Assembly: GCA_035251235.1 (NCBI GenBank)
Contig: DATFEJ010000018.1
Coordinates: forward strand, 1 to 55,436
DNA: 55,436 nucleotides
Origin: Burkholderiales bacterium
GTDB taxonomy: Bacteria; Pseudomonadota; Gammaproteobacteria; Burkholderiales; SG8-39
Reading direction: 5' to 3'
The notes below the pieces were generated by a model, which made no database searches, was not told where the DNA came from, and saw only the letters and a program-made list of their open reading frames with translations. Made by a program: the position numbers and the translations under genes. Shown one piece after another: positions 23,085 through 38,521 of the stretch (position 1 is the stretch's first letter; every line of letters begins with the position of its first letter).

Positions 23085-24422
23085 TCAGACGGCAACCGCC
23101 GAGCGCAGCACCGCGTCGAGCGCCTGTGCCAGCCCGGACACCAGCTCGTCCAGCTGTTGCTCCTCGAGGATGAACGGCGGCGCGAGCAACACGTGGTCGC
23201 CGCGCTCGCCGTCGATGGTTCCGCCCATCGGATAGCACAGCAGCCCCGCCTTGAGCGCCTCGACCTTGACGCGCGCATGAATGCGGGCGCGCGGGTCGAA
23301 GGGGGTCTTGCGCTCCCGGTCGGCGACCAGCTCCAGTCCCCAGAACAGCCCGCGCCCGCGAATGTCCCCGACGTGCGGATGCGCGTCGAAGGCCGAGCGC
23401 AACTTCGATTCGAGCACCGCGCCCAGAGCAGAGACGCGCGCCAGCAAACCGTCGTCGTGCAGGCGGCGCTGCACCGCCAGCGCGCCCGCGCAGGCCGCGG
23501 CGTGGCCCAGGTAGGTATGGCCATGCTGAAAGAAGCCGCTGCCGGCGACGATTGCGTCGAAAATGCGGCCGCTCACCATCACGGCGCCGATCGGCTGGTA
23601 GCCCGCGCCCAGGCCCTTGGCGATCACCGCCAGGTCGGGCACGACGCCTTCTTGCGTGAAGGTCCAGAGCGAACCGCAGCGGCCCATGCCGCACATGACC
23701 TCGTCGAGAATGAGCAGCACGCCATAGCGGTCGCAGACCTCGCGCACGCGCCTGAAGTATCCCTCGGCCGGGGGAACGGCACCCAGCGTCGCGCCGGCGA
23801 CGGTCTCGGCAATGAAGGCCATCACGCGGTCCTCGCCCAGCCGGCAGATCTCGCGTTCTAGCTCGGCTGCCAGCCGAGCGCCGTAGGCATCGTCGGACTC
23901 GCCAGCGAGCCTTTCACGATAGGCGTAACACGGAGAAACGTGCGTCGCCTCGATCAGCAGCGGCTCGAACTGGCGGCGCCGCCACTGGTTGCCGCCCACG
24001 GCGAGCGCGCCGAGGGTATTGCCGTGGTAGGACTGGCGCCGGCCGATCACGTGCCGGCGCTGGGGCTCGCCTTTCTCGACGAAGTACTGCCGCGCGAGCT
24101 TCAGCGCCGCTTCGACCGCCTCGGAGCCCCCGGAGACGAAGTACACCTTCTCGAGCGGCGCGGGCGCGCGCGCGACCAGCGCGTCGGCGAGCGCTTCCAT
24201 CGGCTCGTTGCTGAAGAAGGACGTGTGGGCGAACGGCAGGCGCGCGAGCTGCTCGCGGATGGCGCGCACCACCGCTTCGTCGGAATGCCCAAGGCACGAA
24301 ACCGCGGCGCCCCCCGAGGCATCCAGATAGCGCTTGCCTTCCCGATCGATCAGATACGCGCCTTCCCCGCGCACCGCGACCGGGTAGACCGAGCGCGGAT
24401 TACGGTGAAAGACGTGCGTCAC
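23085..24422 (-). CDS. Class-III (omega-type) PLP-dependent aminotransferase
   Basis: Track ORF 23085..24422(-), GTG start. Reads VTHVFHRNPRSVYPVAVRGEGAYLIDREGKRYLDASGGAAVSCLGH..., LILDEVMCGMGRCG, and the PLP-Lys context DLAVIAKGLGAGYQPIG. Confidence 0.9.
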   Translation of the reverse strand: MTHVFHRNPRSVYPVAVRGEGAYLIDREGKRYLDASGGAAVSCLGHSDEAVVRAIREQLARLPFAHTSFFSNEPMEALADALVARAPAPLEKVYFVSGGSEAVEAALKLARQYFVEKGEPQRRHVIGRRQSYHGNTLGALAVGGNQWRRRQFEPLLIEATHVSPCYAYRERLAGESDDAYGARLAAELEREICRLGEDRVMAFIAETVAGATLGAVPPAEGYFRRVREVCDRYGVLLILDEVMCGMGRCGSLWTFTQEGVVPDLAVIAKGLGAGYQPIGAVMVSGRIFDAIVAGSGFFQHGHTYLGHAAACAGALAVQRRLHDDGLLARVSALGAVLESKLRSAFDAHPHVGDIRGRGLFWGLELVADRERKTPFDPRARIHARVKVEALKAGLLCYPMGGTIDGERGDHVLLAPPFILEEQQLDELVSGLAQALDAVLRSAVAV

Positions 24423-24423
24423 G

Positions 24424-26262
24424 TCAGGCCGCGAGCTTGCCGTGCAGCTGTGAGCGGCACAGCGCCAGCGCGGGCGGCAGCCGCGTGCCGAGCTGCTCGA
24501 GCAACTGGTCGTGCGCCACGACCTCCTCGCGCCACGCGGCGGCGTCCACGCGCGAGATCTCCTCGTACTGCTCGGGCAGGAACGTCTGCAGGCCGCTCCA
24601 GTTCAGGTCCTCGTGGCGCGGGATGATGCCCAGCGTGGTGTTCACGCCGTGCGCGATGCCGTGGCAGCGCCCCACGATCCACTCGAGCACGCGCATGTTC
24701 TCGCCGAAGCCGGGCCAGATGAACTTGCCGCGCGCGTCCTTGCGGAACCAGTTGACGCGGAAGATGCGCGGCGGATGGCGCACCGCCTTGCCCATCTTCA
24801 GCCAGTGCGCGAAGTAATCGCCCATGTGGTAGCCGCAGAACGCGATCATCGCCATCGGGTCGCGGCGCACGACCCCGACCTTGCCGGTGATCGCCGCGGT
24901 GGTTTCCGAACCGAGCGTGGCGCCCATGTACACGCCGTCTTCCCACGTCGGCGCCTCCACCACGAGCGGCACGGTGCTCGAGCGCCGGCCGCCGAAGAGG
25001 AACGCGGAGATCGGCACGCCGCCTGCGTCTTCCCACTTCGGGTCCATGGACGGGCACTGTGCGGCGGCCACCGTGAAGCGCGAGTTGGGATGCGCGGCCA
25101 CCCGCCCGCAGCCGGGCGTCCATTCCTTGCCTTGCCAGTCGATCAGGCGCGCCGGCGGCTGCTCGGTCATGCCTTCCCACCAGACGTCGCCCTCGGGCGT
25201 GAGCGCGACGTTGGTGAAGATCACGTTCGAGCGGAGCGAGCGCATCGCGTTGGGATTGGTGGCCTCCGAGGTACCCGGCGCGACGCCGAAGAAGCCGGCC
25301 TCCGGGTTGATGGCGTAGAAACGCCCGTCGTGTCCCGGCTTGATCCAGGCGATGTCTTCGCCGATCGTCGTCACCTTCCAGCCCCGGTACGCGGCGGGCG
25401 GAATGAGCATGGCGAAGTTGGTCTTGCCGCAAGCGCTCGGAAACGCCGCCGCCACGTAGTGCTTGTGGCCTTGCGGCGACTCCACGCCGAGGATCAGCAT
25501 GTGCTCGGCAAGCCAGCCCTCGTCGCGCGCCATCACCGAGGCGATGCGCAGCGCGAGGCACTTCTTGCCCAGCAGCGCGTTCCCCCCGTAGCCGGAGCCG
25601 TAGGACCAGATCTCGCGCGTCTCGGGGAAGTGGACGATCCACTTCTCCTGGTCGTTGCACGGCCAGGGCACGTCCCTCTGCCCGGCGGCGAGCGGTGCGC
25701 CTACCGAATGCACGCCGGGAACGAAGTCGCCGTCCTCATCGAGCCACTCCGCGACGGCGCGGCCCATGCGCGTCATGATGCGCATGTTGATCGCCACGTA
25801 CGCCGAGTCGGAGATCTCGACGCCGATCTGCGCGATGTGCGAGCCGATCGGCCCCATCGAATAGGGCATCACGTACATCGTGCGCCCGCGCATGCAGCCA
25901 TCGAATAGCCGCCGCAGCGTGGTGCGCATCTCGCGCGGCTCCATCCAGTTGTTGGTCGGCCCGGCCTGCTCCTTTTTCTCGCTGCAGATGAATGTCCGGT
26001 CTTCCATGCGCGCCACGTCGCTCGGATTGGAGCGCGCGAGATAGCTGTCGGGCCGCAGCTTCTCGTTCAGCTTGATCATCGTGCCCGCCGCGACGAGCTC
26101 GGCGCACAAGCGGTCGTACTCGGCCTGCGAGCCATCGCACCAGACGATGCGCTCGGGCTTCGCGAGCTGCGCGATTTCCGACACCCACTGCCGCAATCCC
26201 GCGTGCCGCACCCAGTCGGGTGCGTGAGACTGGTCCTTGTGCGCGGCGCCCGGTGCGTTCAT
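24424..26262 (-). CDS. pckG: Phosphoenolpyruvate carboxykinase (GTP)
   Basis: Track ORF 24424..26307(-) starts at a TTG. The ATG at 26262-26260 ([11 protein letters not shown]...) is preceded by AGGAG with a 9-nt spacing. Kinase-1a motif [14 protein letters not shown]. About 612 aa. Confidence 0.93.
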   Translation of the reverse strand: MNAPGAAHKDQSHAPDWVRHAGLRQWVSEIAQLAKPERIVWCDGSQAEYDRLCAELVAAGTMIKLNEKLRPDSYLARSNPSDVARMEDRTFICSEKKEQAGPTNNWMEPREMRTTLRRLFDGCMRGRTMYVMPYSMGPIGSHIAQIGVEISDSAYVAINMRIMTRMGRAVAEWLDEDGDFVPGVHSVGAPLAAGQRDVPWPCNDQEKWIVHFPETREIWSYGSGYGGNALLGKKCLALRIASVMARDEGWLAEHMLILGVESPQGHKHYVAAAFPSACGKTNFAMLIPPAAYRGWKVTTIGEDIAWIKPGHDGRFYAINPEAGFFGVAPGTSEATNPNAMRSLRSNVIFTNVALTPEGDVWWEGMTEQPPARLIDWQGKEWTPGCGRVAAHPNSRFTVAAAQCPSMDPKWEDAGGVPISAFLFGGRRSSTVPLVVEAPTWEDGVYMGATLGSETTAAITGKVGVVRRDPMAMIAFCGYHMGDYFAHWLKMGKAVRHPPRIFRVNWFRKDARGKFIWPGFGENMRVLEWIVGRCHGIAHGVNTTLGIIPRHEDLNWSGLQTFLPEQYEEISRVDAAAWREEVVAHDQLLEQLGTRLPPALALCRSQLHGKLAA

Positions 26263-26276
26263 CTCGGTGAACTCCT

Positions 26277-26303
26277 GAAAGCAAAACGGCCCGGAAGGGG
26301 CCG
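26277..26303 (-). terminator. Intrinsic terminator-like hairpin (CGGCCC-loop-GGGCCG + TTTTGCTTTC) downstream of mnmE and immediately upstream of the pckG RBS
   Basis: The minus strand reads CGGCCCCTTCCGGGCCG followed by TTTTGCTTTC, and then directly AGGAGTTCACCGAGATG of pckG. Confidence 0.55.
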
Positions 26304-26434
26304 CCAAGGTGCTTGAGATGGACGCATTCTACCGCGTGCCGTTGCCCGATGCCATGCGCGAAAAGCTTGATGGATCAATAAGTTCGTCGCTGCTTTGCGC
26401 GCCACGGACCGCAGCACGCCTGCGCGTGCCACGA

Positions 26435-27766
26435 CTACTTGCCGATGCAAAAGCGGCCGAAGATCTCCCCCAGCAGGTCATCCGCCGTGAACTCGCCCGT
26501 GATGCGGGACAGGGCTTCCTGCGCGAGTCTGAGTTCCTCCGCAAAAATCTCCCAGCGGCGGCCTTCGTCCGCCGCTGCGGCGAGGTGCGAGGCCGCTTGC
26601 TGCAGCGCATGCAGGTGCCTTTCGCGCGCGATGAACACCGATTCCCCTGCAGCGCGCCAGCCCGCCGCCGCGAGCAGGGCCGCGCGCAGCGCGTCCAGGC
26701 CTGCGCCGGTCTTGGCGGACACCGCGACGGCGCCGTGCGGAGCGACAAAGCCCGGGGCCAGATCCACCTTGTTGTAGACCTCGAGCCGCGCCACGCCTGC
26801 GGGCAGGTCTTCCAGCGGCGCGTGCGCCGTGCCGGCCTCGAACACCAGCATGACGAGGTCAGCCTCCTGCAGCTCGCGCTGCGTGCGCTCGATGCCAAGG
26901 CGCTCGAGCGGGTCGGCCGAAGGCCGCAGTCCCGCGGTGTCGATGACCACGAGCGGCACGCCGTCGATCAGGATCGACTCGCGCAGCGCATCGCGCGTCG
27001 TGCCGGCGATCGGCGTCACGATGGCGCGTTCCTCGCCGGCCAGCCGGTTGAGTAGGCTCGACTTGCCGACGTTCGGCCGGCCCGCGATCACCACGCGGAT
27101 GCCCGAGCGCAGCAGGCTGCCCTGGCGGCTCTTGCGCAGCACATCCTCCAGTGCCGCGCGCACGCCCGCCAGCCGCTTGGCCGCGTCCGCACGATGCAGG
27201 ACGTCCACGTCCTCCTCCGGAAAATCGAGCATCGCTTCGGTCAGGGCGCGCAATTCGACCAGTTGCGCCACCAACGCGTGGATGGCGGACGAAAACTCGC
27301 CACGCAGCGAGCGCAGCGCCGATGTGGCGGCTTCGCGGCTCGCGGCCTCGATCAGGTCGGCGACCGCCTCGGCCTGCGCGAGGTCCATGCGCCCGTTGAG
27401 GAAGGCGCGGCGCGTGAATTCCCCGGGCTGTGCGAGCCGCGCGCCCGCCGCCACGCAAGCGCTCAGCAGGGATTGCATGACCACCGGTCCGCCATGGCCC
27501 TGGAACTCGAAGACGGGCTCTCCCGTGTACGAGTGCGGCGCGGCAAAGAAGAGCGCAATGCCCTGGTCGATCAGCGCGCCGCGTGCGTCGCGCGCGGTCG
27601 CCAGGGTCGCCTGGCGCGCCGGCGGCACACGCCCCAGCAGGCGCTCGGCGATGCGCGACGCCTGCGCGCCGGAGACGCGCACCACGCCGATGCCCCCGAT
27701 TCCCGGGGGCGTCGCTACCGCGGCGATCGTATCCGGGAGGGGGTCTGCAGGCTTAGTGCTTCCCAC
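26435..27766 (-). CDS. mnmE: tRNA modification GTPase MnmE (TrmE)
   Basis: Track ORF 26435..27766(-). Reads DTIAAVATPPGIGGIGVVRVSG, G1 motif GRPNVGKSSLLN, and the C-terminal CIGK motif. The GTG start overlaps the yidC 3' end by 14 nt. Confidence 0.93.
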   Translation of the reverse strand: MGSTKPADPLPDTIAAVATPPGIGGIGVVRVSGAQASRIAERLLGRVPPARQATLATARDARGALIDQGIALFFAAPHSYTGEPVFEFQGHGGPVVMQSLLSACVAAGARLAQPGEFTRRAFLNGRMDLAQAEAVADLIEAASREAATSALRSLRGEFSSAIHALVAQLVELRALTEAMLDFPEEDVDVLHRADAAKRLAGVRAALEDVLRKSRQGSLLRSGIRVVIAGRPNVGKSSLLNRLAGEERAIVTPIAGTTRDALRESILIDGVPLVVIDTAGLRPSADPLERLGIERTQRELQEADLVMLVFEAGTAHAPLEDLPAGVARLEVYNKVDLAPGFVAPHGAVAVSAKTGAGLDALRAALLAAAGWRAAGESVFIARERHLHALQQAASHLAAAADEGRRWEIFAEELRLAQEALSRITGEFTADDLLGEIFGRFCIGK

Positions 27767-29408
27767 GCGCAGACTTGTCGCGATTGAACATGCGCTGGAT
27801 CTGCCATTGCTGAGCGATGGAAAGGATGTTGTTGACCAGCCAGTACAGCACCAGCCCGGCCGGGAAGAAGAAGAAGAACACGCTGAATACGTACGGCATG
27901 AACTGCATGACCTTCGCCTGCACCGGGTCGGGCGGCACGGGGTTCATGCGCGTCTGCAGGACCATGCTCGCCGCCATCAGGATGGGAAGCACGAAGTACG
28001 GATCCTGCGCCGAGAGGTCCTTGATCCACAGGATGAAGGGCGCATGGCGCAGCTCGATCGCTGCCAGCAGGGTCCAATACAACGCGATGAACACCGGGAT
28101 CTGCACGAGGATCGGGAAGCAGCCGCCGAGCGGGTTGATCTTCTCGGTCTTGTACAGCTCCATCATCGCCTGGTTCATGCGCGCGCGATCGTTGCCGTAC
28201 ATCTCGCGGATCTTGGTCAGGCGCGGCGTGACCAGCTTCATCTTCGCCATGGACTTGTAGCTCGCCGCCGACAGCGGGAAGAACACGAGCTTGATCAGGA
28301 TCGTGAGCAGGATGATGGCCACGCCCCAGTTCTGCGTCCAGCGGTGGAAGAACTCCAGCACCGCGAACAGCGGCCAGGCGAGGATCGCCAGCCAGCCGTA
28401 GTCGACCACCAGATCCAGTCCGGGCGCCGCCTGCTTCAGGCGCTGCTGCTCCTCCGGCCCGGCGAACAGGCGCACCGAGACGCGAGACGCGCCGCCCGCC
28501 TCCGCCGGCGGCGCGGCGACGATGACACCAGAGGCAAACAGCCCGTCCGGCAGCTTGCGTGCGAAGTACTCGCGCGGCGCCTGCTCTGGCGGCAGCCAGG
28601 CCGAGACGAAATAGTGCTGCATGATGCCGATCCAGCCGTCGGTCGCCTCTTTCGGCAGGTCGATCTTGCCTTTCTCGACGTCCGAGTACTCCAGCTTGTG
28701 AAACGCGCGCTCCTTCGTGTAGTACACGGGCCCCGTGTACACGTACATCATCGCGTTCTGTCCGGCCGGCGCCTTGTCGTCGCGCACGACCTGGTAGTAG
28801 GCGTACGCGGAAACGGGTGCGCCGCCGGCGTTCTTCAGCTCGAAGCCCACGTCGATCAGGTAGCTGTCCCGGCGGAACGTGTAGATTTTCTCGACCACCA
28901 CGCCCGCCGGCCCGTCCGCGGCAAACCGCACCTGCAGCTGGTCTGCGCCTGCGCCCAGCGTGCGTTCGCCAGGCAGCGCTCGCCAGACGGACCGGTGGTT
29001 GGGCATGCCCTCGCCGATCAGACCGCTCTGCGCGCCGTACGAGTGCTGCGGGCCGAAGAGCACGAAGTTCTTCTTCGGGTCTTCGGCGTCCTTGTGCTTG
29101 AGGAGCTCCAGGCGCGACAGGGTTGCGCCCAGGGTGTCGATCTCCGCGACCAGGAGGTCGGTGCTGACCTGCACCTTCTCGGACGTGGACACCGGCGCGG
29201 CAGGCGCTACCCCAGGCACGGCGGTTGCCGCCGGTTTGGCAGGCGCGGGCGCGCTCAAGGGTGCGGCCGGCGTCGGCACCCCTTGCTGCGCCTGCGGCAC
29301 GCTCGTCTGCGCGGGCGGCTTGGGCTGCTGTTCCTTCTGCCACGCATCCCAAAGCAGGAGCAGCGAAAAGCTGAAGATGAAAAAGAGGATCAGTCTCTGG
29401 GTATCCAT
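27753..29408 (-). CDS. yidC: Membrane protein insertase YidC
   Basis: Track ORF 27753..29408(-), 551 aa. N-terminal TM MDTQRLILFFIFSFSLLLLW, a large periplasmic domain, and a conserved C-terminal 5-TM core (GGCFPILVQIPVFIALYW). Confidence 0.96.
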   Translation of the reverse strand: MDTQRLILFFIFSFSLLLLWDAWQKEQQPKPPAQTSVPQAQQGVPTPAAPLSAPAPAKPAATAVPGVAPAAPVSTSEKVQVSTDLLVAEIDTLGATLSRLELLKHKDAEDPKKNFVLFGPQHSYGAQSGLIGEGMPNHRSVWRALPGERTLGAGADQLQVRFAADGPAGVVVEKIYTFRRDSYLIDVGFELKNAGGAPVSAYAYYQVVRDDKAPAGQNAMMYVYTGPVYYTKERAFHKLEYSDVEKGKIDLPKEATDGWIGIMQHYFVSAWLPPEQAPREYFARKLPDGLFASGVIVAAPPAEAGGASRVSVRLFAGPEEQQRLKQAAPGLDLVVDYGWLAILAWPLFAVLEFFHRWTQNWGVAIILLTILIKLVFFPLSAASYKSMAKMKLVTPRLTKIREMYGNDRARMNQAMMELYKTEKINPLGGCFPILVQIPVFIALYWTLLAAIELRHAPFILWIKDLSAQDPYFVLPILMAASMVLQTRMNPVPPDPVQAKVMQFMPYVFSVFFFFFPAGLVLYWLVNNILSIAQQWQIQRMFNRDKSARGKH

Positions 29409-29426
29409 GTCGCTTCGCCTCTCGCC

Positions 29427-29651
29427 CTACCGCTCATCGCGCCGCGGGACCGGATCGAACCCGCCCGGATGCCAGGGACCGCAACGGCAAAGCCGCCGTG
29501 TCGCCAGCCAGCCCCCGCGCAGCAGCCCGTGCTGCTCGAGCGCCTCCTCGGCATACTGGGAGCAGCTCGGATGGAACCGGCAGGAAGGCCCGAGCCAGGG
29601 ACTCAGGAAATATCGGTAGCCGCGCAGGGCAAGGCGCACAAAGCCCGTCAC
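29427..29651 (-). CDS. yidD: Membrane protein insertion efficiency factor YidD
   Basis: In frame with track ORF 29427..29786(-). Reads [42 protein letters not shown]...[13 protein letters not shown]. The GTG at 29651-29649 overlaps the rnpA stop (GTGA). Confidence 0.88.
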   Translation of the reverse strand: MTGFVRLALRGYRYFLSPWLGPSCRFHPSCSQYAEEALEQHGLLRGGWLATRRLCRCGPWHPGGFDPVPRRDER

Positions 29652-30004
29652 GACGCGATCCTGCCCAGCAGCTCCCGTACGCGGGCCAGCATGGCGCCCG
29701 ATGCGCGCGCCGCCAGGGGCGGGCGAATCAGCACGTCCAAGCCCTCGAGCCGGGATTGCTCGAGCCTGAACGCTTCGCGTATGCACCGCTTGATGCCATT
29801 GCGTTCCGTCGCCTTTGCCGAGTGCCGTTTCGACACCAGAATGCCCAGCCGGGGCGCGCCCGCGCCGCGGCGTTCGAGGTAGAACGTATAGCCGGAGAAG
29901 CTGCGGCGCGTACCGTGCGTCAGCAGCCGCTCGAAGTCGCCGCGTCGCGAGAGTCTGCGATCCGGACCGAATCCGAAGCGTGCATGCCGGGCGCGATTCG
30001 GCAC
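29648..30004 (-). CDS. rnpA: Ribonuclease P protein component
   Basis: In frame with track ORF 29648..30106(-). Conserved [11 protein letters not shown] and [27 protein letters not shown]. The start is placed at GTG 30004-30002, the first start downstream of the rpmH stop, and is uncertain. Confidence 0.85.
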   Translation of the reverse strand: MPNRARHARFGFGPDRRLSRRGDFERLLTHGTRRSFSGYTFYLERRGAGAPRLGILVSKRHSAKATERNGIKRCIREAFRLEQSRLEGLDVLIRPPLAARASGAMLARVRELLGRIAS

Positions 30005-30017
30005 GCCCCTCTCGGGA

Positions 30018-30152
30018 CTAGACCGAAAGCCGCTTGCGGCCGCGTGCGCGTCGCGCGCGCAGCACTGCCCGGCCCGAGGCGGACCGGCTGCGGACGAGGA
30101 ATCCATGGCGCCGTGCGCGGCGCGTCTTGGAGGGTTGGTAGGTACGCTTCAT
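30018..30152 (-). CDS. rpmH: 50S ribosomal protein L34
   Basis: [44 protein letters not shown] (44 aa), the 3' part of track ORF 30018..30227(-). ATG at 30152-30150. Confidence 0.97.
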   Translation of the reverse strand: MKRTYQPSKTRRARRHGFLVRSRSASGRAVLRARRARGRKRLSV

Positions 30153-30244
30153 CGAGCTGCTCTCGGGAAAAAGGGCGGTATTAGAGCCTGTGGCCGTCGG
30201 CGTTGTCAATGACGCGTGCGTCGGCACATGAAGTGGCGCTGTCC

Positions 30245-30253
30245 TGTGGATAA
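30245..30253. promoter_or_regulatory. Perfect DnaA box (TGTGGATAA = TTATCCACA)
   Basis: Exact 9-mer consensus in the rpmH-dnaA spacer. It overlaps the -35 element of the candidate dnaA promoter. Confidence 0.75.
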
Positions 30254-30275
30254 CACTGCGCGGAAGGGGTAAAAT
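30247..30275 (+). promoter_or_regulatory. Candidate dnaA promoter (TGGATA-17 nt-TAAAAT)
   Basis: -10 TAAAAT at 30270-30275 inside the only AT-rich patch of the spacer (GTAAAATTTTATTCT). -35 TGGATA at 30247-30252 (4/6), embedded in the DnaA box. About 78 nt upstream of the dnaA ATG. Confidence 0.4.
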
Positions 30276-30352
30276 TTTATTCTCGCCGGCGCATCGAGCG
30301 CGGCCCTGGCGGGATCCCTCTGAGAAACGCTACGCGAGACTGCTGAGAGCAC

Positions 30353-31681
30353 ATGCAAACCCTATGGGAGGCCTGCCTGCGACGTCTTGAGCAGGAGCTT
30401 CCCGCGCAGCAGTTCAATACCTGGATCCGCCCGCTGGCGATGGAGAGCGTGCCCGGTGAGCCCGACACCCTGGTGCTCGCCGCACCCAACCGTTTCGTGC
30501 TTGAGCTGGTGCGCGAGCGCTTCGCCGCCAGGATCGAGCGCCTGGCAGCGGAAGCCGCCGGCCGCGAATATGCGCTGCGCCTGGTGCTCGCGCGCCTGGA
30601 GGCGGTGGCCCCCCGGCCGGAGGAGCCGCGAGCGGGCAGCGTGCCGCCGCCAGCCCTGGACAGGGCACGGCTGAACCGGCTGTTCACCTTCGACAGCTTC
30701 GTCACCGGCAAGGCGAATCAACTCGCTCGCGCGGCCGCGATCCAGGTCGCCGAGAATCCGGGTATCTCGTACAACCCGCTGTTCATCTATGGCGGGGTCG
30801 GTTTGGGCAAGACGCACCTGCTGCAGGCGATCGGCAACCACCTCGCCGAGCGTCGTCCGGGCGCAAAGCTGCGCTACACGCATGCCGAGCAGTACGTCAC
30901 GGATGTCGTGCGCGCCTACCAGCAGAAGTCCTTCGACGAGTTCAAGCGCTATTACCACTCGCTCGATCTGCTGCTGATCGACGACATCCAGTTCTTCTCC
31001 AACAAGGGGCGCACGCAGGAGGAATTCTTCTACGCCTTCAATGCGCTGGTCGAGGCGCATAAGCAGATCGTCATCTCCTGCGACACCTATCCGAAGGAAA
31101 TCGCGGGCATGGAGGAACGGCTGATCTCGCGCTTCGGCTGGGGCCTCACCGTGGCGATCGAGCCGCCCGAGCTGGAAATGCGCGTCGCCATCGTGCTGAA
31201 GAAGGCCGAGGCCGAAGGCGCGCAGATTTCCGAGGAGATCGCCTTCTTCATCGCCAAGAACATCCGCTCCAACGTGCGCGAGCTGGAAGGGGCGCTGAAG
31301 AAGGTTCTCGCCTTCGCGCGCTTCACCGGGCGCGAGATCACGCTGGAGATGGCGCGTGAAGCGCTGCGCGACATCCTGCACGTCGCCAGCCGGCAGATCA
31401 GCGTCGACGGCATCCAGAAGACCGTGGCCGAGTACTTCAAGATCAAGATCTCGGACATGCACTCCAAGAAGCGCAGCCGCAACGTCGCCCGGCCGCGCCA
31501 GGTGGCCATGTCGCTCGCCAAGGACCTGACGCCCATGAGCCTGCCGGAAATCGGCGAGGCGTTCGGCAATCGCGACCACACGACCGTCCTGCATGCGTGC
31601 CGCACCATTTCCACCCTGCGCAAGAAGGACTCGGTGCTCAACCGGGACTACCTGGTGCTCGAGCAGGTACTGAAAGGCTGA
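30353..31681 (+). CDS. dnaA: Chromosomal replication initiator protein DnaA
   Basis: Track ORF 30353..31681(+). Walker [14 protein letters not shown]. Domain [36 protein letters not shown]. Confidence 0.98.
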   Translation: MQTLWEACLRRLEQELPAQQFNTWIRPLAMESVPGEPDTLVLAAPNRFVLELVRERFAARIERLAAEAAGREYALRLVLARLEAVAPRPEEPRAGSVPPPALDRARLNRLFTFDSFVTGKANQLARAAAIQVAENPGISYNPLFIYGGVGLGKTHLLQAIGNHLAERRPGAKLRYTHAEQYVTDVVRAYQQKSFDEFKRYYHSLDLLLIDDIQFFSNKGRTQEEFFYAFNALVEAHKQIVISCDTYPKEIAGMEERLISRFGWGLTVAIEPPELEMRVAIVLKKAEAEGAQISEEIAFFIAKNIRSNVRELEGALKKVLAFARFTGREITLEMAREALRDILHVASRQISVDGIQKTVAEYFKIKISDMHSKKRSRNVARPRQVAMSLAKDLTPMSLPEIGEAFGNRDHTTVLHACRTISTLRKKDSVLNRDYLVLEQVLKG

Positions 31682-31687
31682 ATTGCC

Positions 31688-31696
31688 TGTGGATAT
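31688..31696. promoter_or_regulatory. DnaA-box-like 9-mer (TGTGGATAT, 8/9)
   Basis: One mismatch to TGTGGATAA. It lies 7 nt after the dnaA stop, in the dnaA-dnaN spacer. Confidence 0.4.
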
Positions 31697-31745
31697 CCGA
31701 TGTACGGAATGTGCGCATCTCGCCCTGGCGAGGAACGATGGAAAA

Positions 31746-31754
31746 CGATCCACA
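31746..31754. promoter_or_regulatory. DnaA-box-like 9-mer (CGATCCACA, 7/9)
   Basis: Two mismatches to TTATCCACA, in the opposite orientation to the box at 31688. Lies in the dnaA-dnaN spacer. Confidence 0.3.
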
Positions 31755-31879
31755 GCCATGCACATTCGATGCACAGCTTTTGCGCGTCCGCGCGCGGCGC
31801 CAAGCCATTGTTCGGCCTGCAGGAATCGCTTTCCCTGAACAATGCCACCTCCCCTATTAACGATTATTAGGAATAAATA

Positions 31880-37950
<6,071 letters not shown>

Positions 37951-38012
37951 GCGGAGCGAAAGGCCGCAGAGGATACCCGCAAAGAACGCGGCCTTTCAAC
38001 CGAACGTGCGAA

Positions 38013-38038
38013 CGTTCCCGGCGCGCGCGCCGGGAACG
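38013..38038 (-). terminator. Perfect 26-nt GC-rich palindrome directly after the smg stop
   Basis: CGTTCCCGGCGCGCGCGCCGGGAACG is its own reverse complement. It starts 1 nt after the smg TGA and is followed on the minus strand by TTCGCACGTTCGGTTG, an interrupted T-run. Confidence 0.4.
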
Positions 38039-38039
38039 C

Positions 38040-38498
38040 TCAGTGCGGCAGGCGACTCGCGCTCGAGGCGCGCAGCTCCTCGGCGACCAGCTCGCTCGCC
38101 GGCGCACGCAGATTCCACAGCACCATCACCACGATCAGCTTGAGCTGCTCCACGGTCAAAACTTCGTCGGCGGTGGCCAGCGCGCGCTCCAGAACGAGCT
38201 CGCGGGTCTGCGGTGACAGAATCCCCGATTGCTCGAGCGACAGGAGAAAGCCGCGCGCGCCCACGTCCAGCTTGGCGACTTCCCTGGGCGCGTAGGCGCG
38301 AAACGCCTTGGCGTCCTCGGGAAGCGGTGCGGCGCCCCGCCGCGGCGCCTGCACGATGCCGGCCAGCCACGCCAGCGCGGCCGAAATGTCGGCATCCTCG
38401 AACCCGGCCGCCGACAGGCGTTTGGCGACCCGCTCGGGATCCCCGGAAACGTCGGCCTGCCGGCAATGCTCGTACACGTAGACCAGTATGTCGAACAT
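38040..38498 (-). CDS. smg: DUF494 family protein Smg
   Basis: C-terminal 152 aa of track ORF 38040..38633(-): MFDILVYVYEHCRQADVSGDPERVAKRLSAAGFEDADISAALAWL... The conserved dprA-smg-topoisomerase synteny supports the call. Confidence 0.9.
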   Translation of the reverse strand: MFDILVYVYEHCRQADVSGDPERVAKRLSAAGFEDADISAALAWLAGIVQAPRRGAAPLPEDAKAFRAYAPREVAKLDVGARGFLLSLEQSGILSPQTRELVLERALATADEVLTVEQLKLIVVMVLWNLRAPASELVAEELRASSASRLPH

Positions 38499-38521
38499 GT
38501 TCTTGTTCTCCTGGAGGAAGG

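Noticed and set aside
26829-29882. 1017-aa plus-strand ORF across mnmE-yidC-yidD
   Set aside because: It is antisense to three genes with unmistakable conserved motifs. The translation is Ser/Arg/Ala/Pro-rich with no recognisable domain. This is a high-G+C artefact.
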